This document shows, one piece after another, positions 26,932-41,144 of a stretch of DNA of 64,000 bases. The notes under the pieces are model-generated. The model searched no databases and was not told where the DNA came from. It was given only the letters and a program-made list of their open reading frames with translations. The position numbers were made by a program, and so were the translations under genes. The DNA comes from Eledone cirrhosa (taxonomy: Eukaryota). Location of the stretch: NCBI GenBank assembly GCA_964016885.1, contig OZ024740.1, positions 263,190,001 through 263,254,000 of the forward strand, given 5' to 3'. How positions within the stretch are numbered: the stretch's first letter is position 1; each line of letters starts with the position of its first letter.

Positions 26932-27055
26932 ATTATTATTAGAGGACTTGAACATCTGAAACTACTTCGCTTTAACTATTCGATATTTACTCCGTCACTC
27001 CTATGTGGAAAAAGTACGTTGAGTGCTTGAATTGAATTGCATCAATGTTTACCCT

Positions 27056-27092
<37 letters not shown>

Positions 27093-27097
27093 TACTT

Positions 27098-27181
<84 letters not shown>

Positions 27182-28021
27182 TTATACATATATATGTATA
27201 TAGCCTGGTTTAATTGAATTTTTGTGCGGTTGATTATGATAATCGCGAGAGGAAATGGTGTATATGTATTATCAAATGATTCTAGGGTCATTCTTTATAG
27301 TATATTGCTCTGATTATTTAATTTATTAATTCATCATTGAGCCACATCGTGAATGGTAGCCAAATCATCTGTGACTTTGTCTAGTTTGTGTATATGTCAA
27401 TCTTTATATTTAATAATCTCCCATAAGGTTGAGATGCAATTTGGGCAATATTGGACTGCGCTTTCTAGCAACCAGATCACTCACCGTAAGCAACCAATCA
27501 CATTCTTTCAGACTTGACCACTGACACGTCACAGTTCTTAGCAATTTTGAATTCGTTTCTGGCGGGCATCACTTTAGAACATTCTTTGTCCAAATGAGTT
27601 AGTTTCCTGCTGAGTTCGAAGATCGAGATTTTAGACTTGATAGGATATTTCCCAAAGCGAACGAAACCCTAAGGGTAGAAACGAAATTCTGGTAAGTGTA
27701 TATGCATTTTTTCTCTTAACTTTAATTTTCTACCTAATTGTGTATGGTTGACGGTATATTTAATCGGTTTCCACGTGCTATTGAAATGTTGGGTAAATAT
27801 TCTATAGCGGTTGGTCACGAATAGACTGGTGTCGTTTATTTATCCACTAATTCTTCATAGGTGCTTTTTAAACTTATAGACTGGTTTAATTGATTTTTTG
27901 AGTGGTTGATAGATAATTCTGTGGTTCATAGATAATTGGGAGAGGAAATGGTGTATATATACTATCAAATGATTCTATGGAAATACTTTATGTATATATA
28001 TATATATATATACTTAACAAA

Positions 28022-28066
<45 letters not shown>

Positions 28067-28277
28067 ATCATTAATATTAACTCCAACAATGACAACACTA
28101 ATAACTGACCAATGAGAGGAGAAGGGGACCTGTGACACTAAAATTCGTTTGTTTGAATTCATATGACTCCAGTTCCCCAGTGAATTAACAACCCAACAAG
28201 GAACTGGGCATATCAGAGTATTGACAATATCATACACCTAAACAACATATGTACTTGTCTATACCATACTAATTCAA

Positions 28278-28332
28278 ACTGCCTGAAGAGGTCACAGCCA
28301 AAGGTGGCTGTCACTGAAATATATATAGCAGT
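28278..28332 (+). ncRNA. Type I hammerhead ribozyme in a solo PLE 3' end (~28080-28375)
   Basis: actgc-CTGAAGA-ggtc-acagcca..tggctgt-cact-GAAA-tatata-TA-gcagt followed directly by AATAAA; homologous to 35382-35437. Confidence 0.85.
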
Positions 28333-28994
28333 AATAAACGAAGCTAAATTTTAATCATTTGACTTTTATTTAACTTTATTTTACATATAAATACATATAT
28401 ATATATAGATATACATACATATATATACACATATACATACATATATATATACATATACGTACATTATATATATATACATATACGTACATTATATATATAT
28501 ACATATATATACATATATATACATACATATATATATACATATACATACATATATATACATATACATACATATATATATATATATACATACATATATACAT
28601 ATACATACATATATACATATGCATACATCTCTATATATATATATACATACATATATATATACATACATATATATATATATACGTATACATACATATATAT
28701 GTACATATACATACATATATATATATATACATATACATACATATATATACATATACATATATATATATATACATGCATATATATATACATACATGTATAT
28801 ACATGCATATATATATATATACATACATATATACATACATATATATATATACATACATACATATATATACATACATATATACATATACATACATTTATAT
28901 ATATATATACATGAATTTATATATATATACATACATACATATACATAAATATATATATATATATATACTTTCATTTATATATATATATACATAC

Positions 28995-29077
<83 letters not shown>

Positions 29078-29681
29078 CATTTATATATATATATATCCAA
29101 AATTAAGATAAATTGAATTAAATGAAATTAAATCAAATTAAATTAAGGATGTCATGCTAGCTAGACATGCGCCATATCACCCGTAAAATATGCCCCAAGA
29201 TTCTAATGAGTAGATCCGAGCATTTTATATCATCTAGAAATTGATTGACATATAAATAGACATATGAAACAATCACAGGAGATAATTTGTAAAAGTGTGT
29301 AAGCACACATAGCTAGGTAGGTAACTAAATAATGTTTAACTAGAACTTAAAATATAGATACCTTATAATTTGATTAATCTTCCCCGTATATATTACATTA
29401 AAGAAATATATTTCACCAATTAATCGATTGGTAAAAGACAGAAGCCAGATCCTGTATTTTCAACAAGGAAGAGGTCCAACCTTCTGTGTTTACGCATCAA
29501 TTTCAAATCAGCGACTGGCCAGAAACACGTGCTGTATCCACTAAAAATACACACATCATACGAGCTTCGTCCCAGTAGCGTAAATAGGGTTATCGACAAC
29601 TAGAAACAGCAGTCAAGTCCATTCCATTTATATATATATATATATATACATACAATTGTATATATATATATACATTTATAC

Positions 29682-29726
<45 letters not shown>

Positions 29727-29727
29727 A

Positions 29728-29775
<48 letters not shown>

Positions 29776-29881
29776 ATAGATATAATTATACATATATATA
29801 TATATAAATATACTTATACATATATTTATATATATTAAACATATATATATATATAAATATATATACTTATACATACATATA

Positions 29882-29916
<35 letters not shown>

Positions 29917-29974
29917 TTATACATGCATATATATATATATACTTACACACACACATATATATATATACTTGTAC

Positions 29975-30005
<31 letters not shown>

Positions 30006-30173
30006 ATTAGTATATCTACCAACATCTGTATGCAGATGTATACCCATGCTATCAAATATATATGTTATGACTTAGTACCTTTGTGGTTCTATGCAGGGGG
30101 ATGCAGAACAATTATATGAAAGACGTAAAATGAGAAAATTTAAAAAATTAAAAATTAACTTACTAAAATGTTC

Positions 30174-30245
30174 AATCCAACTAATTAGTTCCTGTAAAGG
30201 AATAAATATAGTTACCTAAGAGAAGTCCTTACGTCATCAGGGAGT
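30174..30245 (-). ncRNA. Hammerhead motif, decayed (GAAA to GGAA)
   Basis: actcc-CTGATGA-cgtaagga..tcctttaca-GGAA-ctaattag-TT-ggatt. Confidence 0.55.
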
Positions 30246-30515
30246 CTATTCTCAGCTATGTTCCCAGGCAATGCGCGGACACTAGGAACCCATATAAAAA
30301 TAATAATTCAGTGGATTGAATAAAGGTAGCGGGAAGTAAATTAACCTCAGTGTCACATGATTGATTCTTTAGAATTTGCCACTGACCAAGTAGGCAGTGA
30401 ATTTTTTCAGTGCCCTGGAAATTAGTCCCCGCTAGCTTTATTCCATCCACTGAATTATTATTTTTATATGGGTTCCTAGTGTCCGCGCATAGCCTTGGAT
30501 CTTAGCGGAGAATAG

Positions 30516-30597
30516 ACTGCCTGATGACGTAAGGACTTCTCTATAGTTAAATTACGTAACTATATTTATTCCCTTATAGAAACTAATTAGTTGGAGT
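30516..30597 (+). ncRNA. Type I hammerhead ribozyme with a 51-nt stem II region
   Basis: actgc-CTGATGA-cgtaagga..cccttata-GAAA-ctaattag-TT-ggagt. Confidence 0.7.
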
Positions 30598-31442
30598 GAA
30601 AATTTTAGTAAGTTAATTTTTAATTTTTAAAATGTTCTCATTTTACGTCTTTCATATATATATATATATATATAGATACATATATATGTAATATAAAATC
30701 AAAAGATGGTTATGTATATATATATGTATATATATGTATATACTTATACATACATAGATATATTTATATATATATATACTTATACATACATATATATATA
30801 TATATATATACTTATACATACATATATGTATATATATTTTACATACATATATTTATATATATGTAAACTTATACATACATATATATATACGTATACATAC
30901 ATATATATATATGCATATATATATATATATACATATAAATATACTTATACATACATATACATATACACATATACATACACATATATATATACATATATAT
31001 ATATACTTATACATACTCATTATATATATGTATATATATATTAAGTGTATTGATTTCAAAACTCAAGCATTCCTTTACAATGAAATAGCTGAAAGAAAAA
31101 AATATTTCTGAGCCGCGTAATAAATATAAATTAATATATATGATGAAACACAAATACCAACATATCTGTGTTTATATTGTAAAAGAAATTAAGTTACCTA
31201 GAATGAAATATACTAAATATAATATTACAGCCTGCCTATATCGATTAAAAATAATAACTCAACACAAACAAACAGTATTGGCAAATGGTCATGCTGTTTA
31301 GACAAATTTAAATTTCAAAATCAAACCTGTTCCGTAGATAAGTTTAAACTTTAAAATCCCAATATGTTTCGAGATAAATAAGTGTAAGGATATCTTGTCC
31401 AGCTCCCTTCAGTAATCAACCAGAACACATTGATATGCTTCA

Positions 31443-31542
<100 letters not shown>

Positions 31543-31544
31543 CT

Positions 31545-31599
<55 letters not shown>

Positions 31600-31960
31600 T
31601 TGTACATATATATATATATATATATATATTGTTATACTTTGGGAGGGTCATGTTGCCAATAAGAAACACACACACCATTGCTTTCACTTCAATTTATTAT
31701 AAATTAAATTCATAAATTCAGGAATTTATAAATTTCCGGTTCGTTGGTTGGTTCCACAACCAGGTGATTGTTCATATATTGTCAAAGTTCTATCGTCACA
31801 CATTATGTGACCTCTTCAGTGAAGAATCTTGGTAAACAAATTCAGAAACGAAATATATATATATATATATATATACTTATACATACATATATATCTATAT
31901 ACTTATACATACATACATATGTATATATATACTTATACATACATACATATATATATATAT

Positions 31961-32052
<92 letters not shown>

Positions 32053-32056
<4 letters not shown>

Positions 32057-34742
32057 CCATACCGACAAAACCATAAGTCTTTACAGAATGGACGTTCAAC
32101 TTTACCATGAGCTAATCCTCAGGGAATTAAGTAAAAGCTACAAAAAAACGGTCCGAGGCTACTCTAGAGGATATCATCATCAAGGCTTATGAAATCGTAT
32201 CTGGTCTTGGTATAGATGATAGGACGGCCCCATACCAACCAAGGGGGCCGAGGATTACCATTAAGGACCACAAAACAAACTTCGAGTCTAACCTAACGGT
32301 CAGACTGATAGCCCCCTCCCGGTCAGACATGAGGGTTATTAGCAAAAGCTTTTTAGATATGATCCAGCACACACTTAAGAGGACAATAAGGTTACATCTC
32401 TGGTCCTGCACCAGCTAGGTGCTGGACTTGTTTACATTTTTACCTGACAAACATAGGACTAGCTTCATATAACTAGACATCAACAATTACTACTCCTCTA
32501 TCTCGCCCATAGTCCTGAACAAGGCACTCATATTCGCGATGAATAGGACAGACCTAACACGAGACGAGGTCCGAATCATACATGCTGCCAGAAAGACCCT
32601 GACCGATTCGGTGGGGACATTCGGACCCGGAGCGACTGGCCAAATAATTTTAACATTACAATGGGCTCTAGTGACTCCGCGCAGGTAACGGACTTGGTTG
32701 GGATATACATACTCTACGAGTTCAGGAGAGAAATACCCAACCTGGGTGGAGGGCTGTACCGAGACGACACACTCTTCACCGTAGTGGACCACAGCACCAC
32801 AATGGTCGAAAATATGAAGACGAGAATTAGGCACTTCTTTAGCAAGGTAGGACTAAAGGTAGCGATGGAACCCAATAGAAAAGTAGTGAATTTCCTGGAC
32901 ACCACCATAAACCTCAACACCAAGCTACACCACCCATATCATAAACCCAATGAGAAGCTGATGTATATGAACGCTGGGTCTAATCACCTTAGATCTATAG
33001 TTAAGCCGTAGTTAAGAGTGTCTCTGACAGGATCTCTAACTTATCGGCTAATAAAGAGATCTTCAATAGTAATGCTGATTACTATAACTCAGCGCTAGCT
33101 AAGGCGTCCCACAGCCATAGGATCAGCTATAACCCTAAGGGACATGATCGATATGACCCAAGGGTACCCCGGACCAATACCCTCAGAGGCATGAATCGCC
33201 CACCTAATAACTCAGTGACCAGTAGTAGCACTCCCAGACCCCTATCCGTCACCACTCCCGGTAGAAGGTCCCGCATACCCCACCGGTCTAATACCTACAA
33301 CCCTGAGGACCACTGTGCTGCGGAGAATAGGCACCCCTGCACCGACCCCACCACCCGCCGAACCCTAATTGAGCAGGGAGGCCGCACCTCGCAGGTTTAT
33401 AGCCCCACGGAGGGCCCATATAACCATCATGATAGTGACCACTCTGCAGACCTGAGTGACACCAACCGAACTCGATCTGAGCTGTGCACAACCACGCGAT
33501 GGCACACGGCGAACAGCCAACAGCCCCGCAAGAATAGGACCAAGAAGGTCACATGGTATAACCCTCCCTACTCGGTGGGTCTACGTACCAGCCTGGCTAG
33601 GACATTCTTTAGAGTACTGGATAAATGTTTCCCTAGGGCCCACAAGTACCATAAAATATTCAACAGGCACACGGTGAAACTTTCCTACTCAACCACACGC
33701 TCCGTAGCCCAGCACATAGCTGGCATAAATAGGAATAGGCTCACTGCCTCTAATACCACCGTAAAACCCGGAGCCACCCAGCAGAACCAGCACGCGGGAC
33801 GCAACGGAATCCGGCCAGGCCCAACTAGCACACCGGAACCAACGACCCTGTGTTGATTGCGGAGGCTACCAAGCCAACTCCAGATGATGGTAATCACGCG
33901 GTACATGTGGTGGGGCTTAAGAAGTCATGTAATTACAGAGACCCATCACTGTACCCCCTTAGTAATGAATGCATGACGAAAAACGTAGTCTACAGGTGGA
34001 AGGTCACAACACCTAAATCGGAGCACCTCTACATAGGAGCGACAGCGACGAGCTTCAAAGATCGGTGGTATAACCAACGCTATTCCTTTAACAGAAGAGA
34101 TAAGAGGAAATGTACGGCCCTTTCTGAATTGATCTGGAAGCTCAAACTTGAAAAGACCCCGCACTCTCTGGTCTGCTCCGTGTTTAGAAAGGTTACCCCA
34201 GGCAGAGGCGGGTCTGGTATTTGCAACCTCTGTCTTAGTGAGACACTCGAGATTCTTCTTGGCGGAACCAAGCTATTAAACAGAAGGGCCGACTTATTCG
34301 GTGCCTGCAGACACCTAAGGACGGGAACTTTTCTCAAGCTATATGGATAAACACCGGTTACGCCCCCCCGCCCCATGTAGGTCCCCTACACCCCGTACCA
34401 ATGACCAATGGACAACAACAACCACCCTTGTGATGGATGGTCCACCGGATCCTCTACTGGTTAGGAGTCATCAAAACCAGGTTTTATTGAACCTGATTTT
34501 ATATATTTATGTATATGTATATCATGTGTATATATGTATATATTTTATATCTGTATATATGTGTATTTTATATATACGTATGTATATATGTGTATATATT
34601 TTATATATATATGTATATGTATGTGTATTTTATATATATATATGTATGTATGTTTTATGTGTGTATATATTTTATGCATGTGTGTATTTTATGTATATAT
34701 ATATATATTATATATATGCTTGTGGGTACATACATGCATACG

Positions 34743-34775
<33 letters not shown>

Positions 34776-35483
34776 CTGTATGGATTTGTGTGTGTAGATC
34801 TCTGAGTGTCTGAGGGGGTAGGTGTGAGTGTATGTACAAGTCAACCAGCATAAACCTTTTATTTCTAAATTTTCTAAACTATATAAGTACTGGACTCTAA
34901 CCAATATTTTAAGTATTACCACCCCACATTTTGTATGTTTGGATGTGTGTGTGTGTGCCTGTGGAGGTGGGTGTGAGTGTACGTGCTAGCCAACCTACAT
35001 AAGTCTTTTTATGTGTAAATGTTCTACTCTAACCATAAATGTCAGTAGCACTACTCCACATAAATCCCTCAATTTAAGAATGAACTGTAGTATCTATTTC
35101 ATACTATTAACCTTAATTGAATATATATCTGACCAGGAATGCTTTTTCTGAAAATCAGTTATATGGAACTATTGTCATCTTGCCTGACGGTTTGAACTTT
35201 ACAACACCACCTGCCACCTTGAGGTCAAATACCAACTCTACTACCATCTACAAACTGACCAATGAGAATCAAGACTATTCCTGCAGACAACATTAAATTA
35301 TACCTAACAAGCTCATATGTCCCAAGGCTCTGCTACCATCAACACTATAAACACAGAGCTGGCATATCTAAGAACTGACTAACTGCCTGATGAGGTCATA
35401 GCCATTCAATGGCTATCATCGAAATATATATAGCAGTAAATAAAGGATTATGAGTTCATGCAATTGACTTGTGTTTCGCCACT
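32053..35483 (+). mobile_element. Penelope-like element family C, decayed, flanked by (TA)n
   Basis: [55 protein letters not shown]; 3' HHR. Confidence 0.92.
35382..35437 (+). ncRNA. Type I hammerhead ribozyme at the PLE-C 3' end
   Basis: actgc-CTGATGA-ggtc-atagccatt-c-aatggctat-catc-GAAA-tatata-TA-gcagt, then AATAAA. Confidence 0.87.
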
Positions 35484-36507
35484 ATATATATATATGCAGA
35501 AGTTATATTTGCTGGGATTCCAACAAACTTAAAAGTTTATAACTGATATATAGCACTCAACAGTTTACTGGAGTAATTTTAGGTTTTTAATTAATTTTAA
35601 ACACTTTTTAGTTGTTTTTAAATCTTTTAGTATTTTCTTATACTTTTTAATTTTTTGTAATTTTTTCTAATTATTTAATATTAGAGTTATAACCAATAAT
35701 AATTCTGGCTAAATATATCTTTAAACATATCTTTGTCAAAATTATCTCATAATAACTAATAAATAAATAAAACTGGGATTTTCAATATTTTTCCAATATA
35801 AAAGATTAAAACATATAAGTAATCTTATTGACTCAGTTAATTTAATTTAATTTAATTTAAATACTTACACTAAATATAAACTAGTATCCATCATAATTTA
35901 TCATCTATAACATGATATAACCATCTATCCACTCATATATCTATCCTTATATCTATCCTTTTATCTACGTTTTATACTATGCGTCTACTTCATATTAATT
36001 TAAATCTATTTTTAATATTTTAATATATTTTGATATATTTTAATATATTTGATATATCTTTAATATATTTGATATATTCTTAATATATTCTTAATATATT
36101 TTAATATACCTTTATTTTTAATATATCTTTATTTTTTCTATATATCTAATTTTCTATATACTTATAATAGTAAATATATATTTATTATAATAGAATTCTA
36201 ACAATTATTAGTAAATATATGTAACATAAATATATGACATAAACATAAGGCTTATTTACGTTATATGAACTCATCCTTGGATAAGCTTCTTTCTTCGCTC
36301 TTTCTTCACTTTATTTCTTCACTCTACTTCTACATATACTAATATTTTCTAATCTTACTTTTCTCTCTCTTCTATCCACAGCGCAATTTAAACAAACGGT
36401 TGTTTTTTTTTTTCAATTTTTCGGACATTCATTTGCATATTCACACATTTTTCAATCATCAAGGTTGTTTTCCACGGTTATGTGACTATTTATAAAACAA
36501 ATTTTGC

Positions 36508-36570
36508 ATTTTATGTGATGAAAGCGTACCAAGACTGACTTGGTTGCCCTTGAAATATATATAATAAAAT
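36508..36570 (+). ncRNA. Hammerhead motif with C3G change
   Basis: attttat-GTGATGA-..accaag-actga-cttggt..-GAAA-tatata-TA-ataaaat. Confidence 0.6.
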
Positions 36571-36616
36571 AATTATGGTTTTATAAATATAGTTTCCATT
36601 TATTAATATATTGAAT

Positions 36617-36647
<31 letters not shown>

Positions 36648-36657
36648 TTATACATAC

Positions 36658-36722
<65 letters not shown>

Positions 36723-36774
36723 GAGAGAGAGAGTGTGTGAAGTCGTTACACAACAGTTAGTTCACCATACCGAG

Positions 36775-36837
<63 letters not shown>

Positions 36838-36884
36838 TTCTTCATACGGATTGGACACTACCCTAAACTCTTGGTAGATTTATC

Positions 36885-36961
<77 letters not shown>

Positions 36962-36966
<5 letters not shown>

Positions 36967-39050
36967 CCAGGTAATTAACTGGTTTAATAATATTAGAAAT
37001 AAATCATCTGCTTCATTTCTACAATTTGATATAGATAATTATTCTTCTTCTATATCACCTATACTCCTGAACAAAGCCTTGATATTTGCTAAAAATAGAT
37101 CTAACTTAACTTTGGATGACATTAATATTATTACACATGCTTGACTAACATTATTGGAATTTCAGAATGAATACTGAACCAGAAACACATATAGTAATCT
37201 ATTCGATATTACCATGGGCTCAAGCGATTCTGCCCAAATTACTGATCTTGTGGGCCTCTTTCTTCTTTTTAACATAAATGCTTCCTTTCCCCACCTTAAA
37301 GGTTGTTTATATCGTGACGACTGTCTTCTTCTTTCCAATAACCTTAGCCTCTCGGAGATAGAAAAAATAAAAAGCTTATTAGAACTTTCCTTAAAGACTA
37401 TTATTGTCTAGATATTACATTTGAAAACACAAGTAAAGTAGTTAATTTCCTAGATATAACATTGGACTTATCTACGGGTATCTACCAACCTTACCATAAA
37501 CCCAACCAAAATTTACACTACATACACTCACAATCTAATCACCCTAAATCTATCCTTAAAAACCTTGCATATAATATATCACTTAGAATTTCTAACCTTT
37601 CGTCTAACCAAGATGTATTTGATAAAAATGCGACCTTTTATAACGAAGCTCTAGCTAGAAGTGGCCACAAAAATAAATTAGTATATATACCTTCTACCAA
37701 TAACACTACAAACATACAACCTAATATTACCAACAAACACCAAATGAAACATACACACCTAAATGCCACTCACACTATACCCCAAAACACCAACATAAAA
37801 CCAAATTTCTCTAACTCTTCTAATATACAATATAGTAACTCTCAAAAAACTACCCATCCTACAACTCTAATAAATGTTAATAATAAAATACCTAATAAAC
37901 AAGCTAAAACACCTAAATCAATAAATCTAACTAAAAATTGTGTGGTGAGGTCATTAAGAATAATTCTCTTAATAAACATCAGGATGCATCCTATAAAAAC
38001 AATAAACAACATCGAAACCGTAATAGACGAGTTACTTGGTATAATGCTCCATTTAATTTACAAATGAAGGATAATATACCTAAAAATTCTTTAATATCCT
38101 AGAGAAAAACTTCCCGCCAAACCACAAATACCATCAAATTTTAAATAGATCAACGGTTAAATTCTCTACTCAACAACCCAAAACATAAAACAGAATATAA
38201 GTGCCTATAATTCATATAAATGTAATAAAACCATGAGTATACCACCAGTACATCAAACTAACCATAATATCTCCTCAGATACAGGATTCACGAAAAGTTG
38301 TAACTCTAGAACCAAGGCAAACTGTCTATTAAAAGGAAATTGCCTTGTTAATAACAGTATATAAATGTAAAGTTAACACTAGGGACTCAATTTATTAATA
38401 TATAGGAGCTACCTCTAACAAATTTAAGGTAAGATTTAATACCCACAAACATAGTTTTAAAAATGCCGCACTAGCTAATACAACATCTCTAGCTGAAATA
38501 ATTAATAGTTATAGAAAGAGGAATATAGATTATGACCTGACCTGGAGTGTGCTCAAAAGGGCCACCCCTTATCAAAATAGTAGATATGAATGTAGATTAT
38601 GTTCCCAAGAACTTTTTGAAATAATGAAATCTAAGGATATCCTATTAAATAAGCGACAGGAATTAATAATATCGTTTAATCATAAACTGAGAAAAACCTT
38701 TAAATATTATAAACCTAATTAATATACACTTTAGAAATTAATATATAAACTGTTTTTAATTTAGTTAACCTATAATTAATATTCTACTACTGATGAACTA
38801 CATAATTTTACTTTCTTTCTTACAATTATCATTTCCTAAAACTGATAGCATTAAGTAAACATATATAATGCTTTAACTTCAGGTTATGACTTTATGTTCC
38901 TTGAAATCTACATATATTTATTATTTCTCACTAATAAATTTAATTCCCCCCCCCCCCCCCCCAATAATTATATGTATATGTAAGTGTGTATGTGTGTGTA
39001 TATATATGTGTGTATGTATATATGTGTGTGTATATATGTGTGTGTGTATG

Positions 39051-39087
<37 letters not shown>

Positions 39088-40050
39088 TATTTTTATATTC
39101 TTTTAATTTCCCCTCATCTTTAACAGCACTTTTCAACTGCATCTAACTCTTATTTATCATATCTATATGTATTAGTATAATTTTATCAATATAAATATAC
39201 CCATCAATTAAATTAATTCATATTCTTTTCATAGATGTATTTTTTTCACTAACACTCTTATCGTAAAACTTTAGTCTCCTTAGATATTTGCATTGGCATT
39301 ACTATTTTATAACAGCAACTGCTTCTATACCTTTTACTGACCTGACCTATTTTCACCCCTAATATAAGCTTCAATTACTACTATTTTAAAATTTGGCCAA
39401 TTATTAACTTTCTATTGGTTAATTCTAAACCTCTTACCATACAGACAGAATATATTAGATCTTTGTTGGTTTTATTCAATGAACAAATATAATTATTTCT
39501 GAGGTCAGCATACGACCCATTTTCTTCCCTAAAATAATCTTTCATTCATAATATTCTTTTCCATCCAAAACTGAAATCTACCTTCCTCTACCCACAATTT
39601 AAGGTTCTTCTACTACTATATTACTATCTTGACCCTCACTATCTCTCTATTGGTCAATTCAAAACCTGTTCCCAAACAGATCTATTGTATTGAATCTTTG
39701 TTTTTTTCAATAAACAAATATCATTATTTCTGAAGACAGCATATATATGTGTAGGTATGTATATTCCCTCTGATAGTTTGTATAAATATTGTACATAGAT
39801 CTATAGAATATGCATACCAACTCTAACACATATATATCCTAGAAAGGATCGTAAAATGATGAATTTTTTTAATATAAGGAACTGTTTCTTTGTTTATTCA
39901 TTATTTTATTAATTTATCTTGACTCTGTTTTCCGTTAATTTTCACCGAAAATAGTTTTTGAATGCATCTTCTTTTTTCATGATATCCGGATTACATTGAG
40001 TTCTTCATACGGATTGGACACTACCGTAAATTTTTGGTAAATTTATATTC
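36962..40050 (+). mobile_element. Penelope-like element family A, second and more decayed copy
   Basis: High similarity to the reverse complement of 15797-19588; extends further 5' (QFDIDNYSSSISP); a short copy of its own 3' end lies upstream at 36835-36888. Confidence 0.92.
39722..39861 (+). ncRNA. Long-stem-II hammerhead, third copy (stem III C>G)
   Basis: cattattt-CTGAAGA-(105 nt)-GAAA-ggatcg-TA-aaatgatg. Confidence 0.7.
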
Positions 40051-40072
40051 ATATATATATATTATTATTATT

Positions 40073-40262
40073 ATGGTGGATTAGCAGTATCGGTAGAGGG
40101 TCGGACGCCATGCTTTCCAGCATAGTTACCTCCCTTTACGATATAAGTTCAAATCCCGCCGAGGTTGACTTTGCCTTTCATCCTTACGGGGTCGATAAAA
40201 TAAAGTACCAGTAATGCACTGGGTAATTGCTGGCCTTGTGCCTAAAGTAGAAACAATTATTA
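40073..40262 (+). mobile_element. tRNA-headed SINE, near full length
   Basis: A/B boxes, core domain, (TTA)n tail. Confidence 0.88.
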
Positions 40263-40565
40263 TTATTACTATATAATTATTACTATATATATATATATAT
40301 TATATATATATATATTACTATATATATATATATTATTATTATATATATATATAATAGAAATTTAGTTTTTTTTTTACAAAATGAAAAGTAACCGAGGTGT
40401 CCTACACGGGTGAAAGTCTAAAGAAAAATAGATGAAATCGAAAATGCAACTGGAGTCTTATTTTTTTTTAAAATATATATATTTATTTGGATCCTTTACC
40501 GGTTTCGCAGTTCTTCTGCTTTTCAAAAGTAGAGTTGAGATGGAGGGTCTGTGGTTTTTCTCTCA

Positions 40566-40619
<54 letters not shown>

Positions 40620-40681
40620 CATATATATATATGTATGTGCAAATATATATATATATATATGTATGTGCATATATATATATA

Positions 40682-40748
<67 letters not shown>

Positions 40749-41110
40749 TTATATATATATGGATGTGCATATATATATTTATATGTATTTATATATATAT
40801 ATATATATGTGCATATATATACATATATGTTTGTATATATATATATATGTTTGTATATATAATATTATATATATATATATATATATAGAAACATATATGT
40901 ATATATATGCATATATATATATACATACATATATATATATATATGCACATACATATATATATATATACGTACATACATATATATATATACGTACATACAT
41001 ATATATATATGTACATACATATATATATATGTACATACATATATATATATGTACATACATATATATATATATACATACATATATATATATATACATACAT
41101 ATATATATAT

Positions 41111-41144
<34 letters not shown>

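Larger units (their letters stand above)
26549..26977. mobile_element. ORF-less foldback element with HHR-bearing inverted arms (probably PLE-derived)
   Basis: 26549-26682 is the reverse complement of ~26845-26977; internal hairpin gggaacggatgaa/ttcatccgttccc. Confidence 0.85.
30113..30658. mobile_element. ORF-less foldback with ~230-bp HHR-bearing arms
   Basis: 30113-30342 is a diverged reverse complement of 30419-30658. Confidence 0.85.

Noticed and set aside
27655-27700. cgaacga-accc-taa-gggt-a-GAAAC hammerhead-like string
   Set aside because: The 5' core has two changes and there is no stem I.
29200-29250. CTAATGA-g-tagat..atcta-GAAA
   Set aside because: G5A change, and no convincing stem I or III.
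40073-40160. tRNA-like A/B boxes
   Set aside because: SINE head with no cloverleaf, not a tRNA gene.
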